Assembly: GCA_965648905.1 (NCBI GenBank)
Contig: CBFGIT010000001.1
Coordinates: 149,107-213,106 of the forward strand
Origin: a candidate division WOR-3 bacterium
Lineage (GTDB): Bacteria > Hydrothermota > Tepidihabitantia > Tepidihabitantales > Tepidihabitantaceae
DNA length: 64,000 nt
Reading direction: 5' to 3'
A program made the translations under genes and the position numbers. The notes under the pieces were generated by a model that saw only the letters and a program-made list of their open reading frames with translations, did not search any database and had not been told where the DNA came from. Below are positions 60,467 through 64,000 of this stretch, piece after piece. Position 1 is the stretch's first letter, and each line of letters opens with the position of its first letter.

Positions 60467-60973
60467 ATGGACCAGCGACTGATGACCATTTTCCGCCGGC
60501 GCAGTGTCCGCAGTTTCACCGGCGCCCCAATCAGCCATGACGACCTGACCGCCCTGCTCCAGGCAGGCATGGCCGCACCGTCGGCTAACAACATGCGGCC
60601 CTGGCACTTCGTAACTGTAACCGAACCTGACCGGCTGAAGCGGCTGGCCGAAATCCACCCCTATGGCAAGATGCTCGGTCACGCCGGACTGGCGATTGCT
60701 GTCTGCGGAGACAAAGAGGCCAGCCCGGACTTCTGGGTTCAGGATTGCTCAGCCTCGACCGAGAACATCCTGGTCGCAGCACCGCTCCTTGGCTTGGGCG
60801 CGGTCTGGCTCGGTGTCCATCCCCGCGCCCAGCGCGAGGCCGACATCAAGCAGTTCCTCGGGATACCGGACAAGATGGGGCTGCTCTGCCTGATAGCTGT
60901 CGGCCGCCCGGCGCATGAACCCGCAGCACGCACCCAGTATGACCCCGAACGAGTCCACCGCCAGCGCTGGTAG
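60467..60973 (+). CDS. Nitroreductase family protein
   Basis: RRSVRSF, APSANN.RPW.F, DCSA.TENIL.AA..LGLGAVW.G. Confidence 0.92.
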   Translation: MDQRLMTIFRRRSVRSFTGAPISHDDLTALLQAGMAAPSANNMRPWHFVTVTEPDRLKRLAEIHPYGKMLGHAGLAIAVCGDKEASPDFWVQDCSASTENILVAAPLLGLGAVWLGVHPRAQREADIKQFLGIPDKMGLLCLIAVGRPAHEPAARTQYDPERVHRQRW

Positions 60974-61754
60974 CAGGTCGCGCATCATCCGACCAGCCGG
61001 GCAGACGTTCGTCAGGCTCCTGCTGCCGGTGTTCTTACTCCTCTGCTGTTGCGGCACCGCAATACTTACCAAGTATCCGTTTGTCATCATCCCGCCCCTG
61101 CCCGACGGTGAGACATCCGTGTATCGGGTTCTGTCCGACGGCGAAGAAGTCGGGGTCTACACCATGACCGTGCACCGCACCCGATTCCGCGACCTGGCCG
61201 TGTTCCGGTTTGACCTGGTAATGAAGACCATTACCGAAGACGGTCCGTCCATCGACTCAGCCACCGTCTTCGTGACCCAGGACAGCATGTTCCCGGTCAG
61301 CTCGTTCCATTTCGCCCGGACCGGCGAGGCGCTGACAACCTCGGCAGCCAACTACACTGCCGATGCCGTGGCGATTGCATCTTACGGCCCGGAAGGCACA
61401 AGGCAAAGGGTGCTGCCGTCAGGCCAGTTCACCTATGACGCAGACCAGCTTACTTTCTTAGGTCGCGCAATCATGGTTCCGACCACCGGCAAGCCGGTCG
61501 AAATCAGGGTAGTCAGCCCGATGGGCCCGCCGCCAGGCGGTGGAATCCTTGATGGTCGCCTTGGGACAAACACTCCTGAACGAATCTCAACCCCGGCCGG
61601 AACATTTGACTGCAACCGGCTCATCTTCAATCTTGGCCCCCGCATCATAGCCATGTGGATTGAGAAGACCGGCCCCAGACGCATGGTCCGCTACGCCTCA
61701 TCAGCCGGCGGCATTGTCATGGAACTTCTGCCGCCGGGCCGTGGTTTGCGCTGA
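60915..61754 (+). CDS. Putative exported/lipoprotein (DUF3108-like), start uncertain
   Basis: Hydrophobic stretch ending LLLCCCG, beta-rich body, E.I.TPAGTF.C motif. Confidence 0.6.
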   Translation: MNPQHAPSMTPNESTASAGSRSRIIRPAGQTFVRLLLPVFLLLCCCGTAILTKYPFVIIPPLPDGETSVYRVLSDGEEVGVYTMTVHRTRFRDLAVFRFDLVMKTITEDGPSIDSATVFVTQDSMFPVSSFHFARTGEALTTSAANYTADAVAIASYGPEGTRQRVLPSGQFTYDADQLTFLGRAIMVPTTGKPVEIRVVSPMGPPPGGGILDGRLGTNTPERISTPAGTFDCNRLIFNLGPRIIAMWIEKTGPRRMVRYASSAGGIVMELLPPGRGLR

Positions 61755-62373
61755 CTCGACAGACCGCACAACTGGCTGTAGATATGCATCTTACAGCACA
61801 GAGCCGCGATTCGCTCATGACCCAGCAATGCCAGCAATCAGCCCCGTGCCCAAGCCTCAATGCGACCGGCCCCGTGTCGCACCGCATAACTCCTTACTTG
61901 TATATGACATGCCGCCATGTCGCGCAGAACCAAGTTTTTCGGCCTGAAAAGTTCCCAATGTAACAGATTCTTTCTACGTCACTTACAGAACAAGCCTTCC
62001 CCTGCCGATGCTGGCACGCAACATGCACTTCTAACGGCTGACATGAAAGTGAGATTCACCCGGTTCCACCCCCCTGCCGGTTCTTACCAGAGAGCCGGCT
62101 CAATCCTCACCGGGAACTCATCCGCGAGCACCGCCTGGCAGGCACCAGACCATGCCTCAGCCCCCGCAGCAACACCCTTTGCCTCGGACTGCCAGACGGC
62201 TCGATTTGCCAGAGACGAAGGTCGGCGCAGTCACAAGTCTTCTCCACCCCATGCAGTCACCCCTCAACACCGGACCGAAGCCATGTACACCCCCTCGGCC
62301 CGTCATCCTGACTGCGCACTAGCGTCACTGCGCCGACCTTTGTCTGTGTCTGGCTAGAAGCTCTTCCCATCAC

Positions 62374-62403
62374 AAAGACCGCCCTCTCGGGCGGTCTTTC
62401 TTT
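62374..62403 (+). terminator. Intrinsic terminator
   Basis: AAAGACCGCCC-TCTC-GGGCGGTCTTT followed by CTTT. Confidence 0.8.
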
Positions 62404-62757
62404 GTCGGTCGTCCTGTCGCATCGGCAATGCACCATCTTTCAAGGGGATAGCTGTTCATGGCCCGAAAGCGTAGATAGACCCCACCACACATCCCTACCC
62501 GCAGCTCCTGTCACGGCAGGGCACAACCCGCGCATTCTCTGTGCGTTGCGCCACAGACGGGCAGGCGTTCAGCCTGGCACGGTCGGTGCATCATCCTGGC
62601 TGTTCATCACTCGGTGTTGAGGGTGATAAGAACCTGTAGTCAAGTCCGACTGCCTCTCGACGGGTAGCGCGACCAGCACGGTCGTGTCCGTTGGCAGGCA
62701 CTCACAAGGGCATGGGGTGTGCCCATGAACACCTCAGTAAACATGGAGGGAGAAGTA

Positions 62758-63768
62758 ATGCTCCGTAGTACCACTTGTGCTTCGGCACTCGCTCTGATGC
62801 TGCTCTCGGCAATTGCTCTGGGCAACGCTGTCTACATTCCTGATGCTCCGACACCGGTCGCGCCGGCTCGCGGCCAGAAGCTCGTGCCCGGCCCCCTGCG
62901 CCTGCAGGTTCAAGGCGGGATGCAGGGCGGTAATACCATCTACCATTTCCGCGTGTACGCGGGCGACGCGAACGAGATAATTGCCCAGGGCTACTCGTTC
63001 AGCCCAAGCTGGGACGTCGTGGTCCCGGGCGGAGAGCTGCCCATGGGCGTTCATCGCTGGACCTGTCGGCGCTATGTCAACAGCGCCTGGAGTCCGTGGT
63101 TCTACCCGGAATGGGAGTTCGAGGTCGAGAAACCCAACCCGGTGTGCCTCGACTTCGTGCCCGTGCCGGTAAGCCCGCTGCCCGGCACCAAAGGGCCGAA
63201 CCTGATGCCGACTCTTGAAGTAGAGGGTCCGCCCCAGGCCACACAGTTCCACTTCTGCGTCTGGCGCGGAGACGGCAACGAAGTAGTCGCCGAGGCCCTC
63301 ACTGGTGAACCGGCCTGGACCGTCACTGTGCCGGCGCTGAACCTGCCACCGGGCGTGTATAGCTGGAGCTGCCAGGCAAGCATCTGCGGCGAATGGGACG
63401 ACTGGTTCGAACCACGGTGGTACTTCGAAGTCGACAAGCCTGCGGTGAATCAGGACGGCACACTGGCTGGAGTCGCAGCGGTCCGGCCGGCCGCGCTGCC
63501 CCTGGTCTACCCGAATCCCTGCGGGACCAATGGTGCCGACATCCAGCTCGCGGTTCCGCGGCGCACAAGGGTTACGCTCGCCCTCTATTCCGTAGAAGGC
63601 GAACTGATCCGCACCCTGCTGCCGAGTCGAATCGCGACGCCGGGAACCCTCCAAGTTTCCTGGGACGGCAAAGACAATGCCGGGCACAACGTAGCGGCCG
63701 GGACCTACCTGTGCCAGGTTACGACCGACGACGCTCATCGCGTTGTCAAGATCACAAAGTCCCGGTAG
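62758..63768 (+). CDS. Secreted protein with two Ig/FN3-like repeats and C-terminal FlgD-Ig domain
   Basis: RBS GGAGGG; signal peptide; two repeats P.PV.P..G...(Y/F)HF.V..GD.NE...W.C...W..WF.P.W.FEV.KP; CTD YPNP..WDGKDNAG..AGTY. Confidence 0.82.
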   Translation: MLRSTTCASALALMLLSAIALGNAVYIPDAPTPVAPARGQKLVPGPLRLQVQGGMQGGNTIYHFRVYAGDANEIIAQGYSFSPSWDVVVPGGELPMGVHRWTCRRYVNSAWSPWFYPEWEFEVEKPNPVCLDFVPVPVSPLPGTKGPNLMPTLEVEGPPQATQFHFCVWRGDGNEVVAEALTGEPAWTVTVPALNLPPGVYSWSCQASICGEWDDWFEPRWYFEVDKPAVNQDGTLAGVAAVRPAALPLVYPNPCGTNGADIQLAVPRRTRVTLALYSVEGELIRTLLPSRIATPGTLQVSWDGKDNAGHNVAAGTYLCQVTTDDAHRVVKITKSR

Positions 63769-63930
63769 CTTCCTCCTGGCAGGGCTCTCCTGTTCCCGCG
63801 CAGGAGAGCCCTGCCGAACTTCCTTCCAGTGTTGAGGGGCGAAGGTTCGCCCCTCAACTCTTTTCCCGGTTCCACTGACCGTGCTTGACTTGCTGCCGTG
63901 GTCGTCTACGCTGTCTCCAAGGAGCCAACC

Positions 63931-64000
63931 ATGACCAAAGCTTCAGATTTGCGCACCGGCATGTGTATCAAGTTCGGTAACGAGGTCTACAAGATTCTCT
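63931..64000 (+). CDS. efp: Elongation factor P (5' partial)
   Basis: RBS AAGGAG; MTKASDLRTGMCIKFGNEVYKIL is a typical EF-P N-terminus. Confidence 0.8.
   Translation, partial: MTKASDLRTGMCIKFGNEVYKIL

Noticed and set aside
61917..62357. 146-aa ORF ending just before the terminator
   Set aside because: Low-complexity Pro/Ala/Ser composition, no RBS or motif, and it overlaps the 27-bp motif cluster. A transcript here is possible but unsupported.
62404..62757. Riboswitch in the long leader of the 62758 gene
   Set aside because: There are some possible stems, but no aptamer consensus I can recognise. An Infernal/Rfam scan would decide.

Overview
GC-rich bacterial chromosome segment. An FCB-related lineage such as WOR-3 is plausible (inference only), based on six exported proteins with FlgD-Ig/T9SS-like C-terminal tails and heptamer microrepeats. 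The backbone holds exported peptidases, a Wzx/Wzy polysaccharide cluster (WlbA-WlbB fusion, WlbC, Wzc), trxA, amrS, cysS, tRNA-Ile(GAT), sppA, secA, mfd, tsaE, thiolase, crotonase, truA, a DksA-like gene, ileS, three histidine kinases, an M1 peptidase, asd, galE and the start of efp. An accessory block of about 11 kb (33.3-44.1 kb) carries HicBA, an ECF sigma factor, a decayed type I R-M locus with helicase-nuclease and NucS/DUF4268 cargo, DUF5131, NYN and DprA-like genes. The main finding is that this block is bracketed by three small genes whose products align with the A-form-DNA-wrapping major capsid protein of archaeal filamentous viruses (SIRV2/Adnaviria; reference recalled from memory, needs HHpred/Foldseek). 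The two capsid-like loci share a bipartite upstream promoter motif. A cryptic non-coding array with strict 12-bp periodicity lies next to the tandem pair, and a second such array lies upstream of an XRE regulator at the window start. Twelve bp is the footprint of one SIRV2 capsid dimer. No integrase or viral replication gene is visible, which suggests a domesticated DNA-coating system rather than a provirus.
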